From Candidatus Uhrbacteria bacterium (GTDB lineage: Bacteria > Patescibacteriota > Patescibacteriia > JACQRZ01), in contig JACQSA010000020.1 of NCBI GenBank assembly GCA_016206145.1, positions 1 through 40,301 on the forward strand: DNA of 40,301 nucleotides, in the 5' to 3' direction. The translations under genes were made by a program, and so were the position numbers. Of this stretch, positions 7,802 through 17,920 are shown one piece after another. Each line of letters opens with the position of its first letter. The first letter of the stretch is position 1. The notes beneath the pieces are model-generated. The model saw only the letters and a list, made by a program, of their open reading frames with translations. It ran no database searches and had not been told where the DNA came from.

Positions 7802-8035
7802 ATGATCGAAACCATCATCTTCACCATTTTTGGAATACTGTGCGCGATTTGGTTTCTCTTGAGCGCGTTGACCATTTTTCTAATGATCAAATATAATGGA
7901 CTCTCTGTTACTGTCTGGATTATTATTATTCTCTACGGCATTATCACTCTGCCGATCCTCATATCGGGGATATCGGCTACCATGCAAAGCGACATTGACT
8001 ACCAATCGCTTATTCCAAAAATCCTGATACAATAA
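7802..8035 (+). CDS. Small membrane protein with two TM helices
   Basis: 77 aa, two long hydrophobic segments, tight spacing to neighbours. Confidence 0.7.
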   Translation: MIETIIFTIFGILCAIWFLLSALTIFLMIKYNGLSVTVWIIIILYGIITLPILISGISATMQSDIDYQSLIPKILIQ

Positions 8036-8042
8036 TCTCTCC

Positions 8043-8579
8043 ATGTCTCTTTTTATTCACGACCATACCATTCTAAAAGTACGAAGGCATCCTTTGACCT
8101 TTTTCATGCAAATTATTATTTTCCTTATTTTGCTTTCACTGCCATCGCTATTGGATTTAGGGCTGAAAATCATTGATTATCCTATTCCTGATGACGAAAT
8201 CGTTCAATATTTTCGAAAACTAATCGGGACCATTTACTACCTTTACATATTCCTTTTCATTCTCTATTCGTTCTTCGATTATTTTCTCGATGTCTGGATT
8301 GTTACAGATCGATATATTATCGATATCGAACAGCGCGCGCTCTTTTTTCGATCAATAGTAAAACAAGAGATCATCCGAATCCAAGATGTGACTGCCGAAG
8401 TACGAGGTATCATTCCCACGTTATTTAATTATGGCGATGTACACATTCAGACTGCAGGTGCGCTTGAACGCATTGTCTTCCATAAAGTGCCAAACCCGAA
8501 TGGAGTTGTCAGTGTGGTGTTAAAAACGCTGGAAGAGCAACAAAAAAAGATGGGTGCTGCGAGCCCTATGGGGCATTAA
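8043..8579 (+). CDS. Membrane-anchored bacterial PH-domain protein (bPH_2-like)
   Basis: VRRHP, two TM helices, WIVTDRYIIDIEQ...RIQDVT...FNYGDVHIQTAG...FHKVPNP. Confidence 0.8.
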   Translation: MSLFIHDHTILKVRRHPLTFFMQIIIFLILLSLPSLLDLGLKIIDYPIPDDEIVQYFRKLIGTIYYLYIFLFILYSFFDYFLDVWIVTDRYIIDIEQRALFFRSIVKQEIIRIQDVTAEVRGIIPTLFNYGDVHIQTAGALERIVFHKVPNPNGVVSVVLKTLEEQQKKMGAASPMGH

Positions 8580-9284
8580 TTATTCCCAACCCTTTTCGTG
8601 AAGCGCTGCGCGGGCAGCTTCTTCTTGAGCTTCTTGTTTGGAGGTGCCTTCGCCGGTTGCGACATGCTCTTGTCCGAGAAAAATGCCGATTCGAAATTTT
8701 TTTGCGTGATCAGGCCCTTCTTCATGCAACACTTGATAATGCGGAGTAATTTTCATTTTTTCTTGCGCAATTTCTTGAAATCGGCTTTTCGGATCAATGT
8801 CAAGACGTTTCTCAAATACGCCAGGAAGTTCTATAAGTATGAATTTTTTAATAAATCTCGCCGCGGTATTGTATCCACGGTCAAGATAGATCGCTCCGAT
8901 CAATGCTTCTAAGGCGTTTGTCAGAATATATGCGCGCGCTTTTGAAAATCCTGCTTTTGCTTCCCCGCGGCTTAAATAAAGAAGGGATTCTATATTGAGC
9001 TTTTGCGCAACAGAGGCAAGCATTTTACTATTTACAAGGCTTGCGCGCCAATTTGTCATTTCACCTTCAGCGGCTTTAGGAAATGTTGCAAATAAATAGT
9101 CAGTAACCACGAGCTCAAGTACGGCATCTCCAAGAAATTCCAGCCGCTCATTATGCGAGAGCCGAAACGAAGGATTCTCGTTTATATATGAACGGTGCAC
9201 CATTGCATGCTGCAGAAGATCGACATTTTTGAATGTGATGCCGATCCGCTTTTGTATGGATGAAAAATCTTTCTCACTCTGCAT
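8580..9284 (-). CDS. rnc: Ribonuclease III
   Basis: [19 protein letters not shown] signature; ds[11 protein letters not shown]...[14 protein letters not shown]; ATG 9284 chosen over TTG 9302. Confidence 0.96.
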   Translation of the reverse strand: MQSEKDFSSIQKRIGITFKNVDLLQHAMVHRSYINENPSFRLSHNERLEFLGDAVLELVVTDYLFATFPKAAEGEMTNWRASLVNSKMLASVAQKLNIESLLYLSRGEAKAGFSKARAYILTNALEALIGAIYLDRGYNTAARFIKKFILIELPGVFEKRLDIDPKSRFQEIAQEKMKITPHYQVLHEEGPDHAKKFRIGIFLGQEHVATGEGTSKQEAQEEAARAALHEKGWE

Positions 9285-9771
9285 TTTTTTTCTGCTCTTC
9301 AATACGTTTCTTATCTTGTTGCACTTTTACGAGACGCTCTTCCTTTTCTTGAATCTGCGGCAAGATGTCTTTATAGAGAGATCCCAACACTCCATTCACA
9401 AATTTGGAAGAGGAGGGGCCGCCATATGCTTTTGCAAGTTCAATGGCTTCATTGATTGCAACGCGCGCGGGAATTTCAGAGTCGTATATCATCTCATAAA
9501 TCCCCAAACGCAAAATATTCCTGTCAACCGTCGTGATCTGAGAAAGCGGCCACTCAGGCGCATATTTGACAATGAACGCATCAATTGATTCTTGATGCGC
9601 AAATACCCCTTTCACCAGACTCTTGGCAAAGCCGTCATCGGAAAAATCAGGAGCAAATTCTTGAAAATTATATTCAATCAGCTGAGGAACCTTTTCCCGT
9701 TCGTACACGCGAAAATCCCACTCGTACAACGTCTGTAAAGCGAGAGATCGGGAGAGATACCGATTTGCCAT
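9274..9771 (-). CDS. nusB: Transcription antitermination factor NusB
   Basis: [52 protein letters not shown]. Confidence 0.96.
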   Translation of the reverse strand: MANRYLSRSLALQTLYEWDFRVYEREKVPQLIEYNFQEFAPDFSDDGFAKSLVKGVFAHQESIDAFIVKYAPEWPLSQITTVDRNILRLGIYEMIYDSEIPARVAINEAIELAKAYGGPSSSKFVNGVLGSLYKDILPQIQEKEERLVKVQQDKKRIEEQKKNAE

Positions 9772-9785
9772 ACCGTAGAGTGACG

Positions 9786-10010
9786 TTAGTTTTCCTTTTG
9801 CTTCGAAGAAGCAAGCGCTTTCTTTAATCCCTTTACTTTGGGGACAAGTACAGATCTTCCTTTATAGGTGCCGCATGACGGACAGACACGGTGAGGCAGG
9901 ATCGGTTTCGAGCAGTGTGCGCATTTGACGAACACCTGTTTTTTCAAGGCAAAGTGCGATGCTCTTCGGCGTTTCGATGAACGTGATAATCGTTTTCCGG
10001 GTAAACCCAT
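9786..10010 (-). CDS. rpmF: 50S ribosomal protein L32 (Zn-ribbon form)
   Basis: [23 protein letters not shown]...[13 protein letters not shown]. Confidence 0.95.
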   Translation of the reverse strand: MGLPGKRLSRSSKRRRASHFALKKQVFVKCAHCSKPILPHRVCPSCGTYKGRSVLVPKVKGLKKALASSKQKEN

Positions 10011-10049
10011 AAAGAACTTATAAGAAAATAATAATATCTACGCACAAGA

Positions 10050-10078
10050 AAGATAGCACTGATTCCAAAAAGACTCAA
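10050..10078 (-). promoter_or_regulatory. Sigma70 promoter for rpmF-nusB-rnc
   Basis: Minus strand TTGAGT-17 nt-TATCTT with extended -10 TG. Confidence 0.5.
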
Positions 10079-10151
10079 GGGGTCATCGGTATAAATTGCT
10101 GTGAGTGTCGATCACTGAATATAATCTTCATACGAAAGATCCGCGAACGAT

Positions 10152-12668
10152 CTATATCATGGTCACGGAAGCGACTTTGTCAGCGCTTTCTTTGGATCGC
10201 ATAAGACGCACACCCTGAGTAGCGCGGCCTGTGATAGATACGCTCTTGACGCTGATGCGAATCACCTGGCCTTTTTCAGACATGATAAGCAGATCTCCTT
10301 TTACGCCCTCGGGAAGATTGTTGGGATCTACGATTCTTGCCATCACGATTACGCCTGTTTTTGCTGTAATCTTTGCTGTTTTAATACCGCTCCCTCCTCG
10401 ACCCTGTACTTTGTATGCTTTGAGGGTTGATCGTTTCCCGAATCCCTTCTCCATCACAGTAAGTACATGGGCATCCCTTAAAGAAGAAGAGCCGGTGATA
10501 ATATCCATACCAACCACCACATCATCGCGCTTGAGACGGATCGCACGCACTCCTGCTGCGGTGCGTCCCATTGCGCGTACATCACTTTCTTTAAATCGAA
10601 TCGCCTGACCCTGCGCCGTAACCATAAGAACCTCGTCTTTGCCTGTAGTCGGCTTCACCCATTCAAGCATATCGTCATCTCTTAATGTAATCGCGATAAG
10701 GCCGGATCTGCGCACTGATTTGAAATCTTCAATATCAGTTTTTTTTGTAAGCCCATTCTTCGTGACCGCCATGAGGAACTTGTATTTTGTAAGATCGGCA
10801 AGCGAAAGAATGGCAGTAATCTTTTCATTTGCGGAAAGTTGCAAGAAATTCACAATCGCTTGTCCTTTTGCCGTACGCGATGCAAGTGGGACATCGTATG
10901 CTTTGAGCTGGAACACTCTTCCACGCGTAGTGAAAAAGAGAAGATCATTGTGCGTCATACAACTAAAAAGGTGATCTACTGTATCTTCTTCTTTTGTGGT
11001 GAGGCCTAGTACGCCTTTGCCGCCACGCTCTTGAATGCGGAATGTGTCGGGAGGAAGCCGTTTGATATATCCGTCACGGGTAATGACAACGATGGTTGAT
11101 TCATTTGGAATCAAATCTTCTTGCTGAAATTTATCTACTCCTCCCTTGACGACCTGAGTTCTACGCTCATCGTGATACCTAGTGCGAATTTCTTCAGTTT
11201 CTTCTTTGACTACGCCTAAAATTTTCTTCGGAGATCCAAGCAACGCTTCGAGCTCGCGAATCAATGCACGTTTCTCTTTGAGCTCTTGTTCAATCTTAAG
11301 GCGTTCAAGATTTGCGAGTTGTTGTAGGCGCATTTCGAGGATCGCAATTGCCTGACGCTCAGAGAGTCTAAACTTTTTCATCAAGTTCGCTTTTGCCTCA
11401 TCGCGATCTTTGGACTGCTTGATTGTTTTTATCACAGCATCAATAGCATCAAGAGCCATCTTGAGGCCTTCGAGAATATGTGCACGATCACGAGCTTTTG
11501 CCAAATCATATTCTGCCCGTTTTACCACGACGAACTTACGATGCTTAATAAATTCTTCCAATACGGATTTGAGTGTGAGAGTCCGCGGCTGGATCCCATC
11601 GACAAGCGCAACCATATTGAAATGGAACGTGTCTTGTAGTTGTGTTGATTTAAAAAGTTGGTTGAGAATTTTCTTGGGATACGTGTCTTTTTTAAGCTCT
11701 ATGACAACCCGGATGCCTTCTTTATTGGACTCATCTCGAAGATCTCGAATGCCTTCGATTTTTTTTGTTTGCACGAGCTCTGCAATTTTTTCGAGTACGT
11801 TTGATTTATTGACTTGATAGGGAATCTCTGTGATGAGGATTTGAAACGCGCCGTTTTTTGCCTCAACAATCTCCGTACGTGCGCGTACCACAATACCTCC
11901 ACGACCAGTGGTATATGCCTGCGTGAGAGCTTTGATGTCATACATGATTCCACCAGTGGGAAAATCCGGCCCTTTGACATATTCCATTAAATCGTCCACA
12001 TCAGCTTCCGGATCTTGGATCAAATGGATGATCGCGCCACACAGTTCGCCAAGATTGTGCGGAGGGATATTGGTTGCCATCCCAACCGCGATACCGGAAG
12101 TGCCATTTAAAAGAAGGTTGGGCAGTTTTGCGGGAAGCAGAGTCGGTTCTTTGTGTGTGCCATCATAGTTTGGGACAAAAGGAACAGTTTCTTTATCAAT
12201 GTCGTAGAGGAGCTCCTCGGCAATCTTGGAAAGTTTTGCTTCGGTATACCTGTACGCAGCCGCAGAATCCCCGTCAACCGAACCAAAATTGCCTTGTCCG
12301 TGAACAAGGGGGCTGCGCATGGAAAAATCTTGTGCCATACGCACTAATGCGTCGTACACAGAAATGTCGCCGTGAGGATGATATTTTCCAAGACATTCGC
12401 CAATGATCGTTGCGGATTTGCGAAATTTCGCGCTTGCCTTTAAACCCATGTCCCACATTGCATACAAAATGCGGCGGTGTACCGGCTTGAGCCCATCGCG
12501 CACATCCGGTAACGCGCGGGAAATAATAACCGACATCGCGTAGTCGAGATACGACTCTTGCATTTCGTCAACAATGTTTCTTGGTATTACGTGCGCTGCC
12601 ACGACCTCCACCGATGGTACAGATGGTGCGCTCGTATGTTTTGATTGCAATCTATGCTTTTTTTTCAT
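10152..12668 (-). CDS. gyrA: DNA gyrase subunit A
   Basis: [31 protein letters not shown] (catalytic Tyr), GyrA-box-like QERGGKG, C-terminal pinwheel repeats. Confidence 0.96.
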   Translation of the reverse strand: MKKKHRLQSKHTSAPSVPSVEVVAAHVIPRNIVDEMQESYLDYAMSVIISRALPDVRDGLKPVHRRILYAMWDMGLKASAKFRKSATIIGECLGKYHPHGDISVYDALVRMAQDFSMRSPLVHGQGNFGSVDGDSAAAYRYTEAKLSKIAEELLYDIDKETVPFVPNYDGTHKEPTLLPAKLPNLLLNGTSGIAVGMATNIPPHNLGELCGAIIHLIQDPEADVDDLMEYVKGPDFPTGGIMYDIKALTQAYTTGRGGIVVRARTEIVEAKNGAFQILITEIPYQVNKSNVLEKIAELVQTKKIEGIRDLRDESNKEGIRVVIELKKDTYPKKILNQLFKSTQLQDTFHFNMVALVDGIQPRTLTLKSVLEEFIKHRKFVVVKRAEYDLAKARDRAHILEGLKMALDAIDAVIKTIKQSKDRDEAKANLMKKFRLSERQAIAILEMRLQQLANLERLKIEQELKEKRALIRELEALLGSPKKILGVVKEETEEIRTRYHDERRTQVVKGGVDKFQQEDLIPNESTIVVITRDGYIKRLPPDTFRIQERGGKGVLGLTTKEEDTVDHLFSCMTHNDLLFFTTRGRVFQLKAYDVPLASRTAKGQAIVNFLQLSANEKITAILSLADLTKYKFLMAVTKNGLTKKTDIEDFKSVRRSGLIAITLRDDDMLEWVKPTTGKDEVLMVTAQGQAIRFKESDVRAMGRTAAGVRAIRLKRDDVVVGMDIITGSSSLRDAHVLTVMEKGFGKRSTLKAYKVQGRGGSGIKTAKITAKTGVIVMARIVDPNNLPEGVKGDLLIMSEKGQVIRISVKSVSITGRATQGVRLMRSKESADKVASVTMI

Positions 12669-12677
12669 ATCGAATAG

Positions 12678-12998
12678 TTATTGCGTGCTTGTTGCTGAAG
12701 AAGAAGCGTTTTGTAATAGTTGATCTTTCAAGCTTGCAGTGAATTCAGACAGAGGCGGCTGAATTGAGTGAGTACTGCTCCCAAGTCCTGATATTTCATT
12801 GATGATCACATTGATTTCTTGCCTTCCTTGCGTTTCCCATACTTTTTTTGCTTCTTCGCTTGTAGTCTTTGTCTGTTCAGAAAGAGATCCAAACATGTCT
12901 TTCATTCTTTTGAATGTAATCGGTAGCCAGGTAATCACCACAACAGAAAAACAAATACCGACAATAACCCAAAAAGTCAAAGGATTCTTTTCTTTCAT
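12678..12998 (-). CDS. Hypothetical protein with N-terminal TM anchor
   Basis: 106 aa; hydrophobic FWVIVGICFSVVVITWLP; ATGA overlap with the upstream gene. Confidence 0.7.
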   Translation of the reverse strand: MKEKNPLTFWVIVGICFSVVVITWLPITFKRMKDMFGSLSEQTKTTSEEAKKVWETQGRQEINVIINEISGLGSSTHSIQPPLSEFTASLKDQLLQNASSSATSTQ

Positions 12999-13624
12999 GC
13001 GGGTTGCAATACTACGAGCTGCATTTCACCTGCAGGCAAATCTTTTTTGAGAATCTTGTATTTATCTTGCGCCTCGGGTGGCTTTATTCCAAGAGCTTTA
13101 AAAAATGGATCAGCGGGTTCATGCACGGTTCTAAGTCCAGTAAGGCGATACTGCATTGGGATCACAATACGCGGCTCAATCTCACTGACGATTTCATTTG
13201 CTTTTTTTGCATCCAATACATTCCCCCCGCCAATGGGAAGCACAAGAATATCAACACGACCGATATTATCAAGCTCGGATTCTGTAAGTTCGCGATTGAG
13301 CGACCCGCAATGGAGGATTGTCATTTCGTCCACGCGGATCACAAAGATCCTGCTTGATAAAGAAAGAGGAATGCCGTGGATAAGAGCTCCGCGTACTTCA
13401 TATTCTCCTGCCTCTTGAATAATGAATGGCTCTTTGCCTTCCCCTTTTTTTACCGTTTCGAGAGCATTATGTTCTTTTGTATCTGTGCTTACCAAGACAA
13501 CATCTGCCGACAAACGAGGGAGTTTCCAGCCGATACTTGCATCAAAAGGATCTATAAGGATTGCTACATCAGTACTGTTTCCTTGGATCCGAAAACACGC
13601 GTGTCCGTACCATTGAATGACCAT
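12995..13624 (-). CDS. Metallo-beta-lactamase-fold protein (Lactamase_B_3-like) with degenerate metal motif
   Basis: MVIQWYGHACFRI, LIDPF, GEYEVRG, VDILVLPIGGG, EPRIVIPM; start 13624 supported by a promoter. Confidence 0.85.
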   Translation of the reverse strand: MVIQWYGHACFRIQGNSTDVAILIDPFDASIGWKLPRLSADVVLVSTDTKEHNALETVKKGEGKEPFIIQEAGEYEVRGALIHGIPLSLSSRIFVIRVDEMTILHCGSLNRELTESELDNIGRVDILVLPIGGGNVLDAKKANEIVSEIEPRIVIPMQYRLTGLRTVHEPADPFFKALGIKPPEAQDKYKILKKDLPAGEMQLVVLQPA

Positions 13625-13647
13625 AAAATCTATAATTGAATGGATAA

Positions 13648-13676
13648 ATTTTACCATGCCCGAAGGAGAAGTACAA
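13648..13676 (-). promoter_or_regulatory. Sigma70 promoter for MBL-hypothetical-gyrA
   Basis: Minus strand TTGTAC-17 nt-TAAAAT with extended -10 TG. Confidence 0.55.
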
Positions 13677-13823
13677 GGGGAAAATGGAGGAAAAATACAT
13701 AAAAAATAGGAGCGTGCGTACGCCTCACCAATGGCAATAAATTTTACAGGCATCTTTAACTTCATGATTCAATGAAGGTATGGCTATAGACAACGTAGTA
13801 TTTATCATGATAATTTCTAGCAT

Positions 13824-15128
13824 ATGAACATCACAATCATTGGAAGCGGGTATGTGGGCCTTACGGCAGGTGTAGGATTTTCTCATTTTGGACACTCTGT
13901 CACCTGTACGGATATCGATGCGGCAAAAATAGAAAAACTCTCGCAGGGTGTCTGTCCGATCTACGAAATCGGCTTGGAAGACCTCCTGAAAGAAAACCTC
14001 CAAAAAGGCACGATCACATTCACAACAAACACAATCGAAGCTGTCAAAAATGCAGAGGCTGTGTTCTTTGCAGTGAATACGCCCCAAGGAGAATACGGCA
14101 AGGCAAATCTTACCTATCTACTCAATGCGGTAAGGACAGTATCGCCCGCCTGCAAGCCCGGCACATTGTTTATCAACAAATCAACAGCGCCGGTCGGAAC
14201 TATTGAAAAAATTCGAGAAGTGATCCGAGAGGCGAGAGGCGATGATGCTTTTTTTGTAGCTTCAAATCCGGAATTTTTAAAAGAGGGGACTGCAGTCGCG
14301 GACTTTCTCAAACCAGATCGGATTGTTGTGGGTGTCAATCATCCCAACGCAGAGGAAAGACTTCACGCTCTCTACCGCCCCTTGATCGAAGATGGAATTC
14401 CATTTATCGCTACGAACATCCCAACTGCTGAACTCATCAAATATGCAAGCAACTCCATGCTTGCCCTTCGCATTTCTTTCATTAATGAAATTGCTGATTT
14501 TTGTGAACTTGTAGGGGCAGACGTGAATGAAGTAGCGTATGCAATCGGACTCGACCAAAGGATCGGTCCGCATTTCTTGCGTGCGGGTATTGGATATGGC
14601 GGAAGCTGTTTTGGCAAAGACGTAAAGGCTCTCGCACTGAGCGGAGAGGAACACGGGTATGAATTTAGAATCATCAAAGCGCTTGCAACAGTAAATGATC
14701 TGCGATACCGTATTGTGATTCAAAAACTCACCACCCACCTGGGGCAATTGAAAGGAAAAGTAATTGCTGTTCTTGGACTTGCATTCAAGCCCATGACTGA
14801 TGACGTGCGCGACGCCCCGTCTTTGCGCATTATCTCAGAGCTCCTTGATCAAGGCGCAGTGATCCGAGCGTATGATCCTGTTGCAATTGAATCCTTTAAA
14901 AAACTTTCGAGCCGCGCACACGAGATCGTATTTACTTCTACGATCAATGAAGCGTTTCAAAAAGCAGACGCACTGCTTCTATTGACTGCGTGGGATGAAT
15001 TTAAAAACATGGATCTCTTTGAAGTAAAAAAAACAATGGGTGGAACGCTCATTGTCGATGGAATGAATATACTTGACCCTCACGCGGCAAAAAACGCAGG
15101 CTTCACATATGAAGGTATCGGGAGATAG
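13824..15128 (+). CDS. ugd: UDP-glucose/GDP-mannose dehydrogenase family protein
   Basis: IGSGYVGL, KSTAPVGT, NPEFLKEG, AELIKYASN, GYGGSCFGKD, LGLAFKPMTDDVRDAPS. Confidence 0.93.
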   Translation: MNITIIGSGYVGLTAGVGFSHFGHSVTCTDIDAAKIEKLSQGVCPIYEIGLEDLLKENLQKGTITFTTNTIEAVKNAEAVFFAVNTPQGEYGKANLTYLLNAVRTVSPACKPGTLFINKSTAPVGTIEKIREVIREARGDDAFFVASNPEFLKEGTAVADFLKPDRIVVGVNHPNAEERLHALYRPLIEDGIPFIATNIPTAELIKYASNSMLALRISFINEIADFCELVGADVNEVAYAIGLDQRIGPHFLRAGIGYGGSCFGKDVKALALSGEEHGYEFRIIKALATVNDLRYRIVIQKLTTHLGQLKGKVIAVLGLAFKPMTDDVRDAPSLRIISELLDQGAVIRAYDPVAIESFKKLSSRAHEIVFTSTINEAFQKADALLLLTAWDEFKNMDLFEVKKTMGGTLIVDGMNILDPHAAKNAGFTYEGIGR

Positions 15129-16017
15129 CATTCACAAGTACCTGTCCTGCGGATATCACGTGAATACCGGGAAGCGCAGCGACTGATTGTGAAAGAGGGA
15201 TAGTGTCAGAGACAAAAATATGAGAAAAACCCAGAGCGCGTATACGATCTGCGGCGTCTCCTGAAAAAATCGGGTGCGTGATGCAAAGGGAAATATCCTG
15301 AAACCCTCGTTGCCGAAGAACCCGTACGGATTCCTGAATCGTACCGCCCGTATCAAGCATATCGTCGAGAAGCACTGCGCTTCCATTATGATCAGCTCCA
15401 TGAAATGCGCGGTACTGCACTTTGCCAGTATGCGGATCGCGTTCTTTTTCTATCCACACACACTTCTTATCTTCTTGCAGCAATGAGGCAAATGTATCTG
15501 AATGATCCTTTGCGCCTTTGTCGGGAGCCACAACTGTCACGTCTTGCGGTATATTCGGCTCTTTCTTAAATACAGACGCGAGCTCTTCGACAAAAGAGAT
15601 GCTTGCCAAAGGAATCGGGCTTGCGTCTTGTATACGCTTGCTATGAAGGTCTATTGAAATGATCTGGCGTGCGCCACTGCTCGCAAAAAGCTGAGCAAGT
15701 AATGCGCCGGAAAACGGTTCGCCTTCCAGGCGTTGGCGATCTTGGCGGGAATATGCAAAATATGGCAGGACAAGTATAATATGTTCTGCTCCATTTTGTT
15801 TGGCAGTATGAACTAAAAGCAAGGTCCTCCAAAGATTGTCTGCACTGCCCCACGTACGTCCGACAATCACAACTTTTTTTTCAACCCTCAAAAGACGGAC
15901 ATAAAACTCACCGCTTGGAAACGTCTTCCACACTGCCGACTCGGAAAGATCGGTGGATACATGATCTCGAATGTATTGTTCGCACGATGTGGGGTCGGGA
16001 AGTGTGTAGACGATCAT
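15103..16017 (-). CDS. prs: Ribose-phosphate pyrophosphokinase
   Basis: FPSGE, PYFAYSRQDR, IDLHS, VAPDKGA, LLDDMLDTGGT, THPIFSG. Confidence 0.9.
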   Translation of the reverse strand: MIVYTLPDPTSCEQYIRDHVSTDLSESAVWKTFPSGEFYVRLLRVEKKVVIVGRTWGSADNLWRTLLLVHTAKQNGAEHIILVLPYFAYSRQDRQRLEGEPFSGALLAQLFASSGARQIISIDLHSKRIQDASPIPLASISFVEELASVFKKEPNIPQDVTVVAPDKGAKDHSDTFASLLQEDKKCVWIEKERDPHTGKVQYRAFHGADHNGSAVLLDDMLDTGGTIQESVRVLRQRGFQDISLCITHPIFSGDAADRIRALGFSHIFVSDTIPLSQSVAALPGIHVISAGQVLVNAISRYLHM

Positions 16018-16039
16018 GAACGTAAGCGAGAGGATTAGA

Positions 16040-16684
16040 CTACAAGGTGTAGAATAGAGGGTTGAGAAGTGTTATTACTTCATTGTCTTCTACTTGACCG
16101 AATTCTTCATAGAGCTGGCCGACTGCATAAAACGTATCTGGAATCTCAAGTACTACAACCTCATGTACACTACTCTCTTTTTTTAGCATATCAATAGTAT
16201 CGGCGGGTCCTCCCGGAACTGCAACAATAATAGTTTCTGCTCCCAATGTCTTCACACTTTTAATTGCCGCGCGCATTGTCAGTCCTGTTGCAATCCCGTC
16301 ATCAACGAGAAGGATGATTTTCCCGCGCCAGTCACGCTCTTTCATACCTTTGCGATACACTGAGAGTCGCCGTTTTGCTTCGCGATATGCTTTTTCAATA
16401 TTTTGCGTAAGCAATTTTTTGTCCGTATGTGCATACTCATCTTCGTTCCAGATTGTGTCGCCAGTTTCGGTAATGGCTCCGATCGCATACTCTTCATTGC
16501 CGGGATATCCGATCTTGCGAGGTACGACAATATCAAGCGGCAATCCAAGAGCGTCTGCAATCACGCGCCCTACCACTATACCGCCGCGAGGCAATGCAAC
16601 AACAACAGTATCGTGTGTGTCTTTATATTGTATGAGGGCTTCTGCAAGTTCTTTTGCACCGGCCGCGCGAGATCGAAAAGTCAT
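16040..16684 (-). CDS. Phosphoribosyltransferase of unknown substrate
   Basis: FRSRAAGAKELA, ALPRGG, VPRKIGYPGNEEYAIGA, LVDDGIATGLT, FYAVGQLYEEFGQV. Confidence 0.9.
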   Translation of the reverse strand: MTFRSRAAGAKELAEALIQYKDTHDTVVVALPRGGIVVGRVIADALGLPLDIVVPRKIGYPGNEEYAIGAITETGDTIWNEDEYAHTDKKLLTQNIEKAYREAKRRLSVYRKGMKERDWRGKIILLVDDGIATGLTMRAAIKSVKTLGAETIIVAVPGGPADTIDMLKKESSVHEVVVLEIPDTFYAVGQLYEEFGQVEDNEVITLLNPLFYTL

Positions 16685-17889
16685 AACACGCGATCCAAAA
16701 TCGCAACGGCCGCGTCTGCAAGTTCTTTTGTAAAAATAAGAGAAGGGGTCATAAATAATGTATTATCGGCAACTTCCAAGAGAAGCCCACGACGCGCGCA
16801 GGCATTTTGAAGAAACAATGCTTTGACGATATGTGGTGCATTATTTTTTTTATTTTTTACAATCTCAATTCCCAATACCAAACCAACGCCTCGTATGTCG
16901 CCTACATTCTTACGATCTTTAAACTTCTGCAACTTTTCCAAAAAATACGCCCCGACATATTTTGCATTTTCCCACACACGATCCCGAACAATGATTTCCA
17001 CATTTGCACGCGCTGCAGCCAAATCCAAAGGAACCCATCCAAACGTCACATACGACGGCATACGAAATGTTCTCAAATAAATGGATTGAGTGATAAGGGT
17101 CGCTGCCAATGTGCTATACCCGCCAGTGATTGCTTTTCCAAGACAGAGAATATCCGGTTTCACACCCCATAATTGGCTTGCAAATAATGTCCCGCAATGA
17201 CCAAATCCTGTTGCTACCTCGTCCATGATAAAAAGGATGTTATTTTTTCTGCAAATGCGCTCGATTGTCGGATAGAAAGAAGGAGAAGGCACAATTGCGC
17301 CTGCATTGGTCCACACAGGTTCACTCAAAAATGCGGCTATGGTTTTTTTGGTAGCAACAAGTTTTTCAAATTCAGTGATGACAACGCTTTCCGATGGCCC
17401 ACGAAGCGGATGAGGAAGCGGAAGTTTTAAAAACCCAGAAGGGCAAGGATCAATGCCGCTTCCTTTACGCAAGCATGCTTCTCCTACAGCGGCTGCTCCA
17501 TACGTATGGCCATGATACACGCCATCAATGGATACAATATCCTGTTTCCCTGTTGCTGCACGCGCGCACTTTATGGCAAACTCCACTGCTTCTGATCCAG
17601 AAGTACACCGAATCGCGCGCGCAAGTTTCGGATTCGGTGAAATTGTAATCAATAATTTTGCAAATTCTTCCCACCCTCTAAATTGCAAAAAGGCCGGCAC
17701 ATATCTTCCAAATTCAGCTTCTGCGATAATTGCTTTTTTTATTTCTTCATTACCCCACCCCACCGAACCGACACACCAACCGGCAATGCAATCAAGATAT
17801 TCTTTGCCACGCTCGTCATATAAAAAACATCCCTTTCCATGATCAATGGGAATACGACGGGAAAAGTAACTTGCAAGTTTGTGCGGCAT
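16681..17889 (-). CDS. Class III PLP aminotransferase
   Basis: GKEYLD, SGSEAVE, YHGHT, IMDEVATGFG, PDILCLGKAITGG (PLP Lys), DIRGVGL. Confidence 0.92.
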   Translation of the reverse strand: MPHKLASYFSRRIPIDHGKGCFLYDERGKEYLDCIAGWCVGSVGWGNEEIKKAIIAEAEFGRYVPAFLQFRGWEEFAKLLITISPNPKLARAIRCTSGSEAVEFAIKCARAATGKQDIVSIDGVYHGHTYGAAAVGEACLRKGSGIDPCPSGFLKLPLPHPLRGPSESVVITEFEKLVATKKTIAAFLSEPVWTNAGAIVPSPSFYPTIERICRKNNILFIMDEVATGFGHCGTLFASQLWGVKPDILCLGKAITGGYSTLAATLITQSIYLRTFRMPSYVTFGWVPLDLAAARANVEIIVRDRVWENAKYVGAYFLEKLQKFKDRKNVGDIRGVGLVLGIEIVKNKKNNAPHIVKALFLQNACARRGLLLEVADNTLFMTPSLIFTKELADAAVAILDRVL

Positions 17890-17920
17890 ACGTTGGATCT
17901 TACACTTAAAGAAATCTCCA

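Noticed and set aside
13625-13765. N-terminal extension of the MBL ORF to 13765
   Set aside because: The family-like sequence starts at MVIQWYGH (13624) and a promoter lies inside the extension.
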